A DNA stretch of 64,000 nt from a virus. The DNA is taken from the IMG/VR virus record IMGVR_UViG_3300031231_000003, positions 32,001-96,000 of that record; one strand, 5' to 3'. Every line of letters starts with the position of its first letter. Positions within the stretch are counted from its first letter, which is position 1. The translations under genes and the position numbers were made by a program. The notes beneath the pieces are model-generated. The model had not been told where the DNA came from. It ran no database searches and saw only the letters and a program-made list of their open reading frames with translations. Of the stretch, positions 10,042 through 20,025 are shown piece after piece.

Positions 10042-10799
10042 TCGATGTAACCACGTGATCTTAGGTAGATTGCCTCATCACGCTGGTATTTCGCATCATC
10101 CGTTTGAAAGTTCTCAGGATTCATGGGACAAAAGTAACTGTACATCACCATTGGTACGTACACGTTCTTCTTTGAATTACGAAGGACTGGTAGATGAAAG
10201 GTTTGATCACCGATTCTCTTGAAATACTCACCATTCACATCACGATAATTCTCATCCTTCACGTTGTTCAACAATCGTTTACGAAACGTCTTGAGATGAG
10301 ATGTCACCCAAGGAGTTTTGTACGGATCGGAACCCGATGGAAATTCGCTTGAAATATTTTGAAATGATACTTGATGATCATCGTGCCATCGATGCGCAGT
10401 GTGAAGTGATTCACAGCCCGTTCGTTCGTACACGTTATCAATGATCCTGAACGCATCAAGATCTGTTAAAAAATCGTCTGCATCAATGCGAACAACGATA
10501 TCGTCATCATTGCAAGACTTGAGTCCTTGTAAAACATTCGCAACTTCCCATTTTTTCTCAGAATTCCAGATCACGTGAATTCTTGGTTGGTTAAATTCTT
10601 CATGTCGTAAGAATTCGATTGATTGAAATCCGCTCAAAATTTCTTGAATTTTAACTCGATCATCACTGGATGAAACATCATCGATCAAGATCAATTTCCA
10701 GTTTTCGTACGATTGTCCAACGATCGAATGTAACATGCGAGAAAGTGTTTTCGTCGCATTGAACATGGGTGAGATAATGATGAATTTATTTTTCACCAT
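10038..10799 (-). CDS. GT2 glycosyltransferase
   Basis: IISPMFNA, QSYENWKLILIDDVS, IDADD and SHLKTF. Confidence 0.92.
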   Translation of the reverse strand: MVKNKFIIISPMFNATKTLSRMLHSIVGQSYENWKLILIDDVSSSDDRVKIQEILSGFQSIEFLRHEEFNQPRIHVIWNSEKKWEVANVLQGLKSCNDDDIVVRIDADDFLTDLDAFRIIDNVYERTGCESLHTAHRWHDDHQVSFQNISSEFPSGSDPYKTPWVTSHLKTFRKRLLNNVKDENYRDVNGEYFKRIGDQTFHLPVLRNSKKNVYVPMVMYSYFCPMNPENFQTDDAKYQRDEAIYLRSRGYIE

Positions 10800-11536
10800 G
10801 TTTCCTTCAAAAGTTGTTCCTTTGAAAACAGAATTTGGCCATAATCAATTTGTTCATCCGTATAACATCTATCGTCAAAAAAGATCCTACGATCCGCACG
10901 AATGAATTCGGGTTCAACGTAACCATTTGCCTTCCAGTCGAATTCATCAATTGCCTTTCGACATTGAATTCCCGGATCGTTCTTTGAAGGAAGATGGTAA
11001 TCATCACAAAGGATCAAACCATCACAAAGTTTATTCGAAGAATCAAGATCATTTTTCACATCAATGTAGTCGTGAGAACCATCGATGTAGATAAGATCGA
11101 ACCTTTGATTGTTCAACATCGGAAACACTGAGTTAGATGTTCCCTTCACGAAGTTGATCATTGAAAACCATTCTTGCGGAAACACCGTTCGACATTGTCC
11201 AAAGAATTGTTCATTAGGATTCGGATCAATTGTCACGATCTTTCCTTGAATTCCCATATCATGAAAAGCTTTGGCCGCGCAGAACGATGTGAACCCACGG
11301 CCGGTTCCGATCTCGAGCATTGATTTCAAGCTGTACGCACGAATCAACGAGTAGACAAGAATACCCCTCTCGTAATTGGGACGAAACAGCGCCCCCACTC
11401 GAGAATAGAGCGGATCCGAAGGTTCACGCATCTTTTGCGCTGTCATTGAACCAATTTTGTCGAAGTCTCCCAACGAGAGATTTTCGAGCTCAATTCCAAT
11501 GTCTTTTAACTTTTGCTTGATATGAACGATCTTCAT
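10793..11536 (-). CDS. Class I SAM-dependent methyltransferase (Methyltransf_24-like)
   Basis: LEIGTGRG, TIDP, FDLIYIDGSH and LCDDY. Confidence 0.88.
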   Translation of the reverse strand: MKIVHIKQKLKDIGIELENLSLGDFDKIGSMTAQKMREPSDPLYSRVGALFRPNYERGILVYSLIRAYSLKSMLEIGTGRGFTSFCAAKAFHDMGIQGKIVTIDPNPNEQFFGQCRTVFPQEWFSMINFVKGTSNSVFPMLNNQRFDLIYIDGSHDYIDVKNDLDSSNKLCDGLILCDDYHLPSKNDPGIQCRKAIDEFDWKANGYVEPEFIRADRRIFFDDRCYTDEQIDYGQILFSKEQLLKETW

Positions 11537-13470
11537 GGTACCTTTGATTCTACATTTTGCATGATCTTGGGTTCATCACGTCGTATTGAAACGTGAGGTA
11601 AAAATTCACCATTGAACTTGGTGTGAAATACATGTCCAGAAGTTTTCTCAAGTTCAACTACTAAATTCTTGATCATTTCGTCCGTAACCTCCGACCACGG
11701 ACAATCAAAGAACATGTTATTCTCTTTCGTGTCCTCAATGTTCAGGTTCCAAAGGCTCAACCAGTGCTTTTGCCACGTATCACGGTACAACCTGATCTTT
11801 CGTTCAAAATCAACCCAAGAGTAGTGGAAAACTGTGGGAAGTTGTTCGATCACGGCATTGAACCACTCATTGTATTGTTCAACAGATTCCTTGTGTTCGA
11901 TCATTGCATTTCGTCGAATGACATCAACATCCTGTGAATAAAAATTCATGCAAGGTATGATTTCAAGCGTTGATTTTGAAATGTAATCACAACCATCGGA
12001 ACCTCGTAATGAATACATTTTTCCTTGATCATCAAACGCTCGAAGTGGGCCGGGAATTCCATGTGTGATATCATGATCATTACGAGACACCCTCCATTTC
12101 CAGGGACCGATGTCGAGACGAACCTTCTTCTTTTCTTTTCCCCAGAATTCAATGACGGGTAAAGCGAGTAAATCCGCGGCCTTTGGAAATTTCACACAAA
12201 TATCAATGATCTTTTGACCATCACCGTCACCCATGACCTCATCAGCGTCCATTTGAACGCAAAATTCCTTCGTACACATCTCACGGGCTAGTGCCTTTTG
12301 TTCACCATCAAACACTGACGCTCGAAGATCCGTCCAATCACGAAGTGTCTGCTTAATCTTTACTTTTGATTCACTTTGAGAGATCTTTTGCAAAAATTCC
12401 CAGGTTCCATCATTACTTCCACCATCTAGAATGCAAACTTCATCACAGAAACTTAGCAATGATTCAATGCATTGCTTGTACGGATACTTTTGCTTTTCGC
12501 AATTGTACGTTGTGAGGTAGCCGCTCACAGCAGGAACATGATCAATCGACCTCTTGATACCGTTCCAAAAAATGCCCGGGGCCGCATAAAGATAACTTTC
12601 AATCAACGAAAGATCCTTCGTATCAAACCATTCTTCGTTTGCATGAAGAACGTTTTCGTTCAGCTCCAGTTCACAACCCAATAACTTGGCTTCAATTACT
12701 TGACGAGGACAAGTATCCGATCCAGGAGGAAGATAAACGTAACCCTTTGATTCAGCAAAAATCTCCAACATCTTATCGTAAGGAACGTTCCAGATCACCT
12801 GATGATTCAGGTTCCTCTCTTTACAGAATTCAACAGCTTTTTCAGCGCCCTTGATCCAAGAATTGGAACCGCAAGTGATCCAGGAATCGTTCTTAGTCCA
12901 GCTACCCGTGTTAGCGATCTGGTTCCTTAAGAGCTTGAACTTGAGCAACGTTTGCTTATCGAACACACTAGATAGAACAAAGTTATCGTTGCGAGCCAGG
13001 AATGGGAACAAATCGATGTACTTGTCCATCTGTTTCTCGCTCATCCACCACAACGATTGTGCTCCGTGGTAGAATGCACTGACGACCTTTCCATTCAATT
13101 CCTGATGACATTGACACGGAGAGTGAGTGACGGATTCATGTTTCTCGGGTGATCTGAACCTGCAGTACTTGAAATCGTATTCAAGGATCGAGTATCGCAT
13201 GTTTGCGATGATCGTGGGAATCAGATTTGAATTGAGCTCAGAGAAGTTACCAAAGATCCAGAACAACTTGTGGTGTTGTTCGAGCATCTCAATTGTAACA
13301 TCCTTCGAGTGAACCTTCGCGACCTTGTAGGGACTCTCATTGATCAGAGCTTGACTCGTGAGCTCAGCTCCTCCAACGTAATCTTCAATGAAATAATCAG
13401 ATACGAAGATTATCTGCGTCAAAGGATCTATCTTTGTACCAGTTTCTGCGAAGAGCGACTCAGTGAACAT
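11533..13470 (-). CDS. Two-domain glycosyltransferase (GT-B-like N-terminus + GT2 C-terminus)
   Basis: GGAEL and DTCPRQVIEAKLLGC in the N-domain; TTYN, LDGGSNDGT and MDADE in the C-domain. Confidence 0.85.
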   Translation of the reverse strand: MFTESLFAETGTKIDPLTQIIFVSDYFIEDYVGGAELTSQALINESPYKVAKVHSKDVTIEMLEQHHKLFWIFGNFSELNSNLIPTIIANMRYSILEYDFKYCRFRSPEKHESVTHSPCQCHQELNGKVVSAFYHGAQSLWWMSEKQMDKYIDLFPFLARNDNFVLSSVFDKQTLLKFKLLRNQIANTGSWTKNDSWITCGSNSWIKGAEKAVEFCKERNLNHQVIWNVPYDKMLEIFAESKGYVYLPPGSDTCPRQVIEAKLLGCELELNENVLHANEEWFDTKDLSLIESYLYAAPGIFWNGIKRSIDHVPAVSGYLTTYNCEKQKYPYKQCIESLLSFCDEVCILDGGSNDGTWEFLQKISQSESKVKIKQTLRDWTDLRASVFDGEQKALAREMCTKEFCVQMDADEVMGDGDGQKIIDICVKFPKAADLLALPVIEFWGKEKKKVRLDIGPWKWRVSRNDHDITHGIPGPLRAFDDQGKMYSLRGSDGCDYISKSTLEIIPCMNFYSQDVDVIRRNAMIEHKESVEQYNEWFNAVIEQLPTVFHYSWVDFERKIRLYRDTWQKHWLSLWNLNIEDTKENNMFFDCPWSEVTDEMIKNLVVELEKTSGHVFHTKFNGEFLPHVSIRRDEPKIMQNVESKVP

Positions 13471-13856
13471 GATTGTTGATCATACAAATATCCTGAACAT
13501 TGTATTTGAAATCCTGATCTGTTCACTTCAATTGTTATATACTTACAAACACTCTTGCACGCTGATCAGAATCACTCAGAAACGACGACTAACGCCGCAC
13601 TGAATTCAACTGAATATCGTACTGGAACTACTCACAACGAAACTATCTTCGAACACAATCAATCAACGAACATACTGTAACTCAGCTTAACGACGACAAA
13701 CGACGCTTGCTTTGATCTGGATCTTGGTGCTCGCGCATCGACACGGAATTGAAGGGAACTATTCTAATCCACCTGTTCGGGTACAGATTCAGTGTACGAC
13801 TTGACGAACAGTGAGTTCATGGTAACCATCGTTTTGTCAAATTGGAAGGCCTTGAG

Positions 13857-14294
13857 TTAAATATTTTCTTTATGTTTTCGTTCCAACATCATAAGTGTGA
13901 TGTATCTTTTGCGAAGCAATTTTAGTAATTTTCTACGTTGTTTTCTAATTGGAATAGGTACATATTTTCTTTTTTGATGGCTAGTTGATGACGGTATTTG
14001 AGGATGATAACCGCCTTCATGGACGTTTAAGCACCCACCCATTTCAGTTTTAAATTTTTTGATCAATTTTGTTTCAAGATTGGCACAATCATTCAATGAG
14101 CCTTCGTAAATTACTTTGAATTCAAATGATTCACATTTTCTCCAAAAGTGGTATATACGATTCGTATCGTGGTTTTTCATGTTTGTGATATGTTGTAGCA
14201 ATCGAGATTTCCAATCATTGGTGATACCGATATAAATTGCGGGATATTTGAGTGGTTTGCTCAATTTAAGTTTGATTGCATAAACATGTGGCAT
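13857..14294 (-). CDS. GIY-YIG homing endonuclease (start likely ATG 14294)
   Basis: HVYAI..IYIGIT..SRLLQH..LE..LI..LN..EGG; AT-rich. Confidence 0.75.
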   Translation of the reverse strand: MPHVYAIKLKLSKPLKYPAIYIGITNDWKSRLLQHITNMKNHDTNRIYHFWRKCESFEFKVIYEGSLNDCANLETKLIKKFKTEMGGCLNVHEGGYHPQIPSSTSHQKRKYVPIPIRKQRRKLLKLLRKRYITLMMLERKHKENI

Positions 14295-14351
14295 ACATGC
14301 CACATAACATAAGTTTGTACAAAGAACATTACAAAATTTAAAATTCATTCA

Positions 14352-15593
14352 ATGAAAGTTTACAACGTTTCAAGCATGAATGAATCGCTTGAACGTGTTC
14401 GAACGAAGTTCGATGAATTGTTCAAATCAACGTTGACGATGCGATCAACGGACGAGAGAAACGTTCTCAACACTCAGTTGCAGGTTGTGTCCGATTACAG
14501 GTTCGCTATCGACATTGATAGGACGATCCATGATCTCGTTGTGATTCATGCGTTAAAAGCAGAGGCCGCCTCCCCTGGATCATTTCGTGAATGCATTGAG
14601 TTGACGATCGATGAATTGTCGTCGATCAATTGGGGTAATCAAGATTCAACTGTTGATGATTCATCACGTGACAACGTCGAGCTTTTGACGACGGCCCCAC
14701 GAGTTAGTGACATCGATTGGATCATTTCAATTTTTTGTGATCGAAGCATGATCGATCTCGTTCGATCGATCCTTGATATGACGGGATTTTCCGGTCGAGT
14801 ATCGATCGAACGATCAAGCGCGAACATTGATATCGTTGAACAATTCGACGGTCATTCGTTCGATTTCAATGTTGCGTTCAACGTAAAGAAAACGATCTTG
14901 ACCTCCCCGAAGGTTCTTTTGATCGATGGTTACGTTGAAAGCGTGTCAGAAATTCACCACTTTCTAACACTGGCAAACGATACGAAGGAAACGATCTTGA
15001 TGTTCTCACGAGGAATGTCAAATGATGTCGTTCACACGTTGAAGACGAATTTTGACCGAAAAACGTTGAACGTGATTCCGATTCTCGTTGACTTCGATTT
15101 CGATGGTATCAATTCGCTTGCTGACTTGAGCGTGATCTCGGGTGTGGATGTTGTCTCTGCTTTGAGGGGAGATTTACTGAGCTCCATCGAATTGAACTCG
15201 CTGCGATCGATAGATTCAGCCATCATTGAACAGAAACACGTTGTGATGAAGACGAACGCATCGGCCCGGATCCTTGATCATGTTAATTCATTGAAAAAGA
15301 AACGAGATGATTCAGAAAACGATATCGTGAAAGCATCGTTCGACTCGAGGATCAAGTCAATGTTGAGCAATCACGTGATCGTTAGGTTGCGAAACGATAG
15401 CAACATCGTGTACAGGACGCAGTGCATCGATCACGTGTTACGAGCCTACAAATCATTGATGTCTAACGGGACAATCGTTCGCGATGGCGAGAAGATGCTA
15501 GCAATGTCGGTCACGTCTGCAAAATTGCACGCAAAAAATTGCGTGAATTCAATCAGGAACTTGGGAGCGATAGTGATCAAATCTCAGAAATGA
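14352..15593 (+). CDS. Divergent GroEL/chaperonin-like protein
   Basis: Apical/intermediate-domain pattern PKVLLIDG.VESVSEIHHFL..ILMFSRG..DVV.TLK.N..L.DL....G; no GDGTTT motif. Confidence 0.65.
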   Translation: MKVYNVSSMNESLERVRTKFDELFKSTLTMRSTDERNVLNTQLQVVSDYRFAIDIDRTIHDLVVIHALKAEAASPGSFRECIELTIDELSSINWGNQDSTVDDSSRDNVELLTTAPRVSDIDWIISIFCDRSMIDLVRSILDMTGFSGRVSIERSSANIDIVEQFDGHSFDFNVAFNVKKTILTSPKVLLIDGYVESVSEIHHFLTLANDTKETILMFSRGMSNDVVHTLKTNFDRKTLNVIPILVDFDFDGINSLADLSVISGVDVVSALRGDLLSSIELNSLRSIDSAIIEQKHVVMKTNASARILDHVNSLKKKRDDSENDIVKASFDSRIKSMLSNHVIVRLRNDSNIVYRTQCIDHVLRAYKSLMSNGTIVRDGEKMLAMSVTSAKLHAKNCVNSIRNLGAIVIKSQK

Positions 15594-15802
15594 GGTAAAT
15601 ATTTCCCCATGAAAACGGAACGTATGGTATTGAATACGTGATGTGACCGTTTTCAACTGAAATGTCGACTGAGAAACGTGAAAAATTTCGACTAAGATGA
15701 GCGAAAGTCATACAAAACGTTGGGCGAACATGACGATCGAACAACGTGAAGCAATTCGTTTAAAAATGAGAAAACCGAAACGACCTCGAACGAAACGAAG
15801 TT

Positions 15803-16756
15803 TTATATTTTGATATTATCGTGCCAGGCAAGGACCGCGATAATTTTGCGAACCGTCTCAGAATCAATGTTTCCGAATTTATCTTCCATCGATGCGTAAA
15901 GTTCGTTCGCCGTCTTCACCGCCTGTTTCTTTGAAGCGCTTAGCTTATTTACGACATCGTCCGCGCCAGCGGTCGCTTTACTTGATGAGGGATCCGAAAT
16001 GTTGCTCGAGCCCGTGGGTTGTGAGACGTTAGTTTGTTCAGTTCCTGAAGTCTGAAACGTTTGCTTCGCAGCAGTGTTTTGTGCCCCAGTGAGAGATTTT
16101 GCAATTTCCGATACGTTGCTCAATTTTTCAACGATCTCCTTCGAGATCTCTTCGATCTTGCCCACGTTCGCATTCATCAGATCTTTTGCAATCTCGCTAA
16201 AGTTGCTCTTGATGTACTTTTTTTGCTAATTCTTTGAAAGCTTCTTCATCGCACCGTCGGGCTGAAATCCCTTGATGATCAGATCACGCAAATTTTCGCT
16301 TCGGAGACGGTCGTCCGTGATCCCGCTGATCGTCGTTTGATCGGTTGAACCAACGATGAGTTCCTTCAACGTTTTGTCTTCAGGATTGTCGACACCCGTC
16401 TTCTTCGCCTCAATGTACGTTGAAAAGTCCTCAAAAAAGTTCTTGAGTGCGTCACAGAACGCAAAAGCGTCGATCAGAGGATTCTGTGATTGCTTGAACA
16501 AGCTGATGAACTTTTTGATCAATCCCGTATCCGACTTGCTTGAAAGGACGGAATCAACATCGTGAACCGCGGAATCTCTCGCTGCCGCCAACGACTTCAA
16601 TCCTGCTTGAGAGAACTTGATTGATTGCAACGATTTGAAAATTTCAGTCGCTTGTTTCATCAAATCCTTACTGAAGGCTTCAAGGATCGTTCTTTCGAAC
16701 AGGATCTCTTTCTTACGAAGATAAGATTCCTTCAATGATACGTTTGATTTGTACAT
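15803..16756 (-). CDS. Hypothetical (possibly virion-internal) protein interrupted by an in-frame TAG at 16226-16228
   Basis: ORFs 16226-16756 and 15803-16177 share a frame and the 16-codon gap is open; late-type TATTTAT motif upstream. Confidence 0.65.
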
Positions 16757-16785
16757 TATGAACGATAAATATGTACGATCATTTC

Positions 16786-17025
16786 ATGAGTTTACTTAAT
16801 AAGATCAACGTTGCGATTCACGATCAATTCACTCGAACCGCTGACGAAGCTGAACACATTCTCGTCACTGCGAAGCAAACGAACGTGCTGAAGATCGATG
16901 ATGCTGCGTTTCAAACTGTTTTAACGCTCGTGCGGCAATCCATCGAATCAACGTTCATCAAGACGAACGTGACGTTTTCAAGGCAATTTGAGTCCATTTT
17001 GGACGCACTCGAAAAAAAGAAGTAA
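16786..17025 (+). CDS. Hypothetical protein
   Basis: ATG lies 6 nt after a TACGAT -10 box. Confidence 0.65.
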   Translation: MSLLNKINVAIHDQFTRTADEAEHILVTAKQTNVLKIDDAAFQTVLTLVRQSIESTFIKTNVTFSRQFESILDALEKKK

Positions 17026-17028
17026 TTC

Positions 17029-17493
17029 ATGCAGGGAATTCGTCATCTCGTACGTTGTCGGTGCATTCTTTCGCAATTCAAGAACCTCAAGGATCCTCCG
17101 AACCATCAATTCGTCGTTTTTTCGGTGATTGATGACAGTGATAACGTTCGTGTGAAATTCGCTCAGTGCGACAATTGTGGTATCATTCACAAGGTATTCG
17201 AAATTGGTAAATCTGACGTGATCTCCAACAAGGAGACGATGGGTTCGATCACGACGATCGATGACCTGAAAAATAGCATGCCCGAAAAAATGGTGACATT
17301 GCTCGAGAAGAATGACGTGGCCGATGTTTCTTCATGGGAGGAAGCAAAATTCATCATTGAGAACGAAAAATGGGGTAACTTCATCGTTCTCTCGAAGGAT
17401 TCATCCGAAAGTGACACGAACGTGAAACTTCTCAGGATCGTTTCTAAGAACATTTTTATCGTTGAAAACGAAGTTCGAACCGAAAGAATTTAG
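17029..17493 (+). CDS. Hypothetical protein with Cys pairs (possible Zn ribbon)
   Basis: CRC and CDNC motifs; operon with the helicase. Confidence 0.7.
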   Translation: MQGIRHLVRCRCILSQFKNLKDPPNHQFVVFSVIDDSDNVRVKFAQCDNCGIIHKVFEIGKSDVISNKETMGSITTIDDLKNSMPEKMVTLLEKNDVADVSSWEEAKFIIENEKWGNFIVLSKDSSESDTNVKLLRIVSKNIFIVENEVRTERI

Positions 17494-17496
17494 ACT

Positions 17497-17730
17497 ATGA
17501 ATGACGTGAAATTTGGTGAGCTTGAAAGTGAAAAGCTCACAAAAGAAAAGCTAGCTTGTCGGCAAATACTCGCGGAGATCAACAACTTCGGGATTTCAGA
17601 TCGACAAAAATTATTCCTGATCTACCTGTTGTCACTTGAACTTGAAGATGGCGAAGCAAGCTCCGATCTTGCGACAGTTTCGAAGGAATTATGTTCTCGT
17701 GCTGAAGGTATGCTTAGCGGGGGCGAATGA
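17497..17730 (+). CDS. Hypothetical protein
   Basis: ATGA overlap with the helicase. Confidence 0.7.
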   Translation: MNDVKFGELESEKLTKEKLACRQILAEINNFGISDRQKLFLIYLLSLELEDGEASSDLATVSKELCSRAEGMLSGGE

Positions 17731-19373
17731 TAACAAAGAATGATTGGTTGAAATTCTTCCCGTTCAAAGATCCTCGAGAGGAGCAAACTAAAGCGATCGA
17801 TTTCATTTTGAATTCGTTCATTTCGGGAAAGAAGTACGTGATTGCTGAACTCGGTACGGGGCTCGGAAAAAGCGCAATAGGGATCACGATCAGCAAGTAC
17901 ATGCAGTCTCGCCCCCCGCGATCGTTGGTTCCGAACGCAACTTGGTACTTGACGACGCAAAAGACGTTGCAAGCACAATACATTTCTGACTTTGGAAACG
18001 AACCAACGAATCTAAAGACGATTAAATCATCGAACAACTACACGTGTCAAATGTTCGATTCATCGGCATTGTCGATGTCGTGTGCAGAGATACAGCGTTT
18101 GATGGATGCCCATAAGTTCTTCAAGGTGATTTATAAGACGTGTGTTTGTTCGTGTCGATACCGTGAAGAGAAAGAGAAATTCATCGAAGCGAACGACAGT
18201 CTCACGAATTACTCGTACTTTCTAGCTGAATCGACGTATGCTAAAGGAATTCAACCTCGACAATTGGTCGTTTGTGATGAGGCTCATACCCTAGAATCAG
18301 TTTTTAGCAATTTTATCGAGATTGTCTTGAGTGAGAACTTCTCAAAGAACCGGTTGAAGCTTAAAAAGTTTCCAAAGAGTGACGACAATGTCGACGAGGT
18401 GGTCAAATGGATCAAGACCAAGTACAAAAAAGCCTTGGTTGCTCGACTTGATGAGGTGAAGACGTACTTGAACGATGATGTTCGTGAGGACACCGAGAAG
18501 GTGAAATCACTCACGGCATTCGTTAAAGAGTACGAGATACTTGACAAGCATGTTTGCAAGGTGAATAGGTTCATCAACCAGTACGATTCCAAGAATTGGG
18601 TCTTAACGTACGAAAAAGGCGAAGGAAAATCGCTTAACAAGCTCGTGTTCAAACCTATTGATGTTTCCGTGTATTCTCACGAGAAGTTGTTTAATTTCGG
18701 TGAGAAAATCTTGCTGATGTCGGCAACGATACTCGATAAGGACACGTTTTGTAAGACGTTGGGAATTCCCCAGTCCGATGCTGAATTCATCAGGATGCCT
18801 TCTCCGTTTCCAGCAGAGAACCGTCCGATTCACGTTCTTTCCGTCGGTAGCATGGCACGAGGTAAGATCGATGAAACGCTACCCATGATTGCCTCCGTCG
18901 TCAAGGAGTTGTTGGAACTTCACCCAGACGTGAAGGGTGTGATACACTGCGGCACATTTCGCATTGCTAATTACATCTACGATAACGTTAAAAGTAATCG
19001 ATTGCTGATTCATGATTCAACGAATAGAGAACAGATCATTGATTATCACTGTTCAAACGAACGACCCACGGTGATCTTGTCGCCTTCGATGCTCGAAGGC
19101 ATCGATCTCAAGGACGATAGAAGTCGATTTCAAATCCTGTGCAAGTTACCTTGGCCATTCTTGGGCGACGAGGTCGTCAAGAAGAGGATGACAAACAATC
19201 CGAACTGGTACATAATAGAGACGATAAAGTTGATCGTCCAAGGTCTGGGTAGGTCAATCAGGAACGAAAATGACCATGCCGTGTCGTACATTCTTGATTC
19301 TGATTGGAATCGTCTTGTGAAACAACATCGTGACAAATTTCCCAAAGAGATCATTGATTGCATCGTTTCGTAA
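17727..19373 (+). CDS. DinG/XPD-family SF2 helicase
   Basis: Q motif (PREEQ), GTGLGKS, Cys cluster, DEAH, MSAT, SPF, EGID and QGLGRSIR. Confidence 0.92.
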   Translation: MITKNDWLKFFPFKDPREEQTKAIDFILNSFISGKKYVIAELGTGLGKSAIGITISKYMQSRPPRSLVPNATWYLTTQKTLQAQYISDFGNEPTNLKTIKSSNNYTCQMFDSSALSMSCAEIQRLMDAHKFFKVIYKTCVCSCRYREEKEKFIEANDSLTNYSYFLAESTYAKGIQPRQLVVCDEAHTLESVFSNFIEIVLSENFSKNRLKLKKFPKSDDNVDEVVKWIKTKYKKALVARLDEVKTYLNDDVREDTEKVKSLTAFVKEYEILDKHVCKVNRFINQYDSKNWVLTYEKGEGKSLNKLVFKPIDVSVYSHEKLFNFGEKILLMSATILDKDTFCKTLGIPQSDAEFIRMPSPFPAENRPIHVLSVGSMARGKIDETLPMIASVVKELLELHPDVKGVIHCGTFRIANYIYDNVKSNRLLIHDSTNREQIIDYHCSNERPTVILSPSMLEGIDLKDDRSRFQILCKLPWPFLGDEVVKKRMTNNPNWYIIETIKLIVQGLGRSIRNENDHAVSYILDSDWNRLVKQHRDKFPKEIIDCIVS

Positions 19374-19449
19374 AAAGGTTAAACAACGAACAATCACAAC
19401 GTATAATGACATTCAGATGTGAATGAATCATTCATACTTGGAGAAAAAT

Positions 19450-19668
19450 ATGAGTCAATTTGTACAAAACTGGAAAGAAATCAAGGACCTGGTTGATGCT
19501 CTCGAGCTGGACGTCGTGAAGAACGGCGAGCGCGGCAACCGTGCTGCAGGCGTTCGAGTTCGCAAGGGACTTCGTCACGTCAAGTCACTCGCAGGTGCCT
19601 TGGTGAAGCTATCGGTCACGCTTGATAAGGAAGCTAAGGCTGATCCAACGCCCGAGCCAACCGTCTAA
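19450..19668 (+). CDS. Histone H1-like/Hc1-type small nucleoid-associated protein
   Basis: GNRAAGVRVRKGL motif; GGAG SD before ATG 19450. Confidence 0.75.
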   Translation: MSQFVQNWKEIKDLVDALELDVVKNGERGNRAAGVRVRKGLRHVKSLAGALVKLSVTLDKEAKADPTPEPTV

Positions 19669-19692
19669 TTTTTATTGACGTAATGCTCGTCA

Positions 19693-19743
19693 GTCGGCAT
19701 GTGGTGGATCATATTTAAACGTATGAGCATGCCACATGCCGAC
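19693..19743. terminator. 12-bp inverted repeat between convergent genes
   Basis: GTCGGCATGTGG (19693-19704) ... CCACATGCCGAC (19732-19743). Confidence 0.55.
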
Positions 19744-19752
19744 GTCCATCAA

Positions 19753-20025
19753 TCAATCTTGGTCGGCGAGAATCTTCTGATTCTCGCTTTTGATTTTTGT
19801 CATGATGTCATGTTCAATCTGACAAGTTCTCATTCTTGTTACACCAAAAATTTCACCGATCTCTTGCAGGGTATGTGAACCTTTTTGCTTAGCTGCGATT
19901 ATCGTACAGTTATTACTTTTCGCGTGATCAATCCATTGATCACACGATTTTCTATTGCAATTGACGTTGCATTGTGCATGAATAGAAAAACATGTAGTAC
20001 GATTAATTACAGTAAGATTGCGCAT
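19753..20025 (-). CDS. Sigma-70 region 4 HTH protein with Cys-rich N-terminus (start likely 20025)
   Basis: HTLQEIGEIFGVTRMRTCQIE matches the sigma region 4.2 consensus; several Cys residues upstream. Confidence 0.8.
   Translation of the reverse strand: MRNLTVINRTTCFSIHAQCNVNCNRKSCDQWIDHAKSNNCTIIAAKQKGSHTLQEIGEIFGVTRMRTCQIEHDIMTKIKSENQKILADQD

Noticed and set aside
1-13470. Bacterial chromosomal O-antigen/capsule locus
   Set aside because: No flippase, polymerase or export genes; interspersed with phage-type small ORFs; contiguous with phage core genes of similar composition.
13580-13710. CRISPR array
   Set aside because: The repeats are only 8-9 nt and irregularly spaced, and there are no cas genes.
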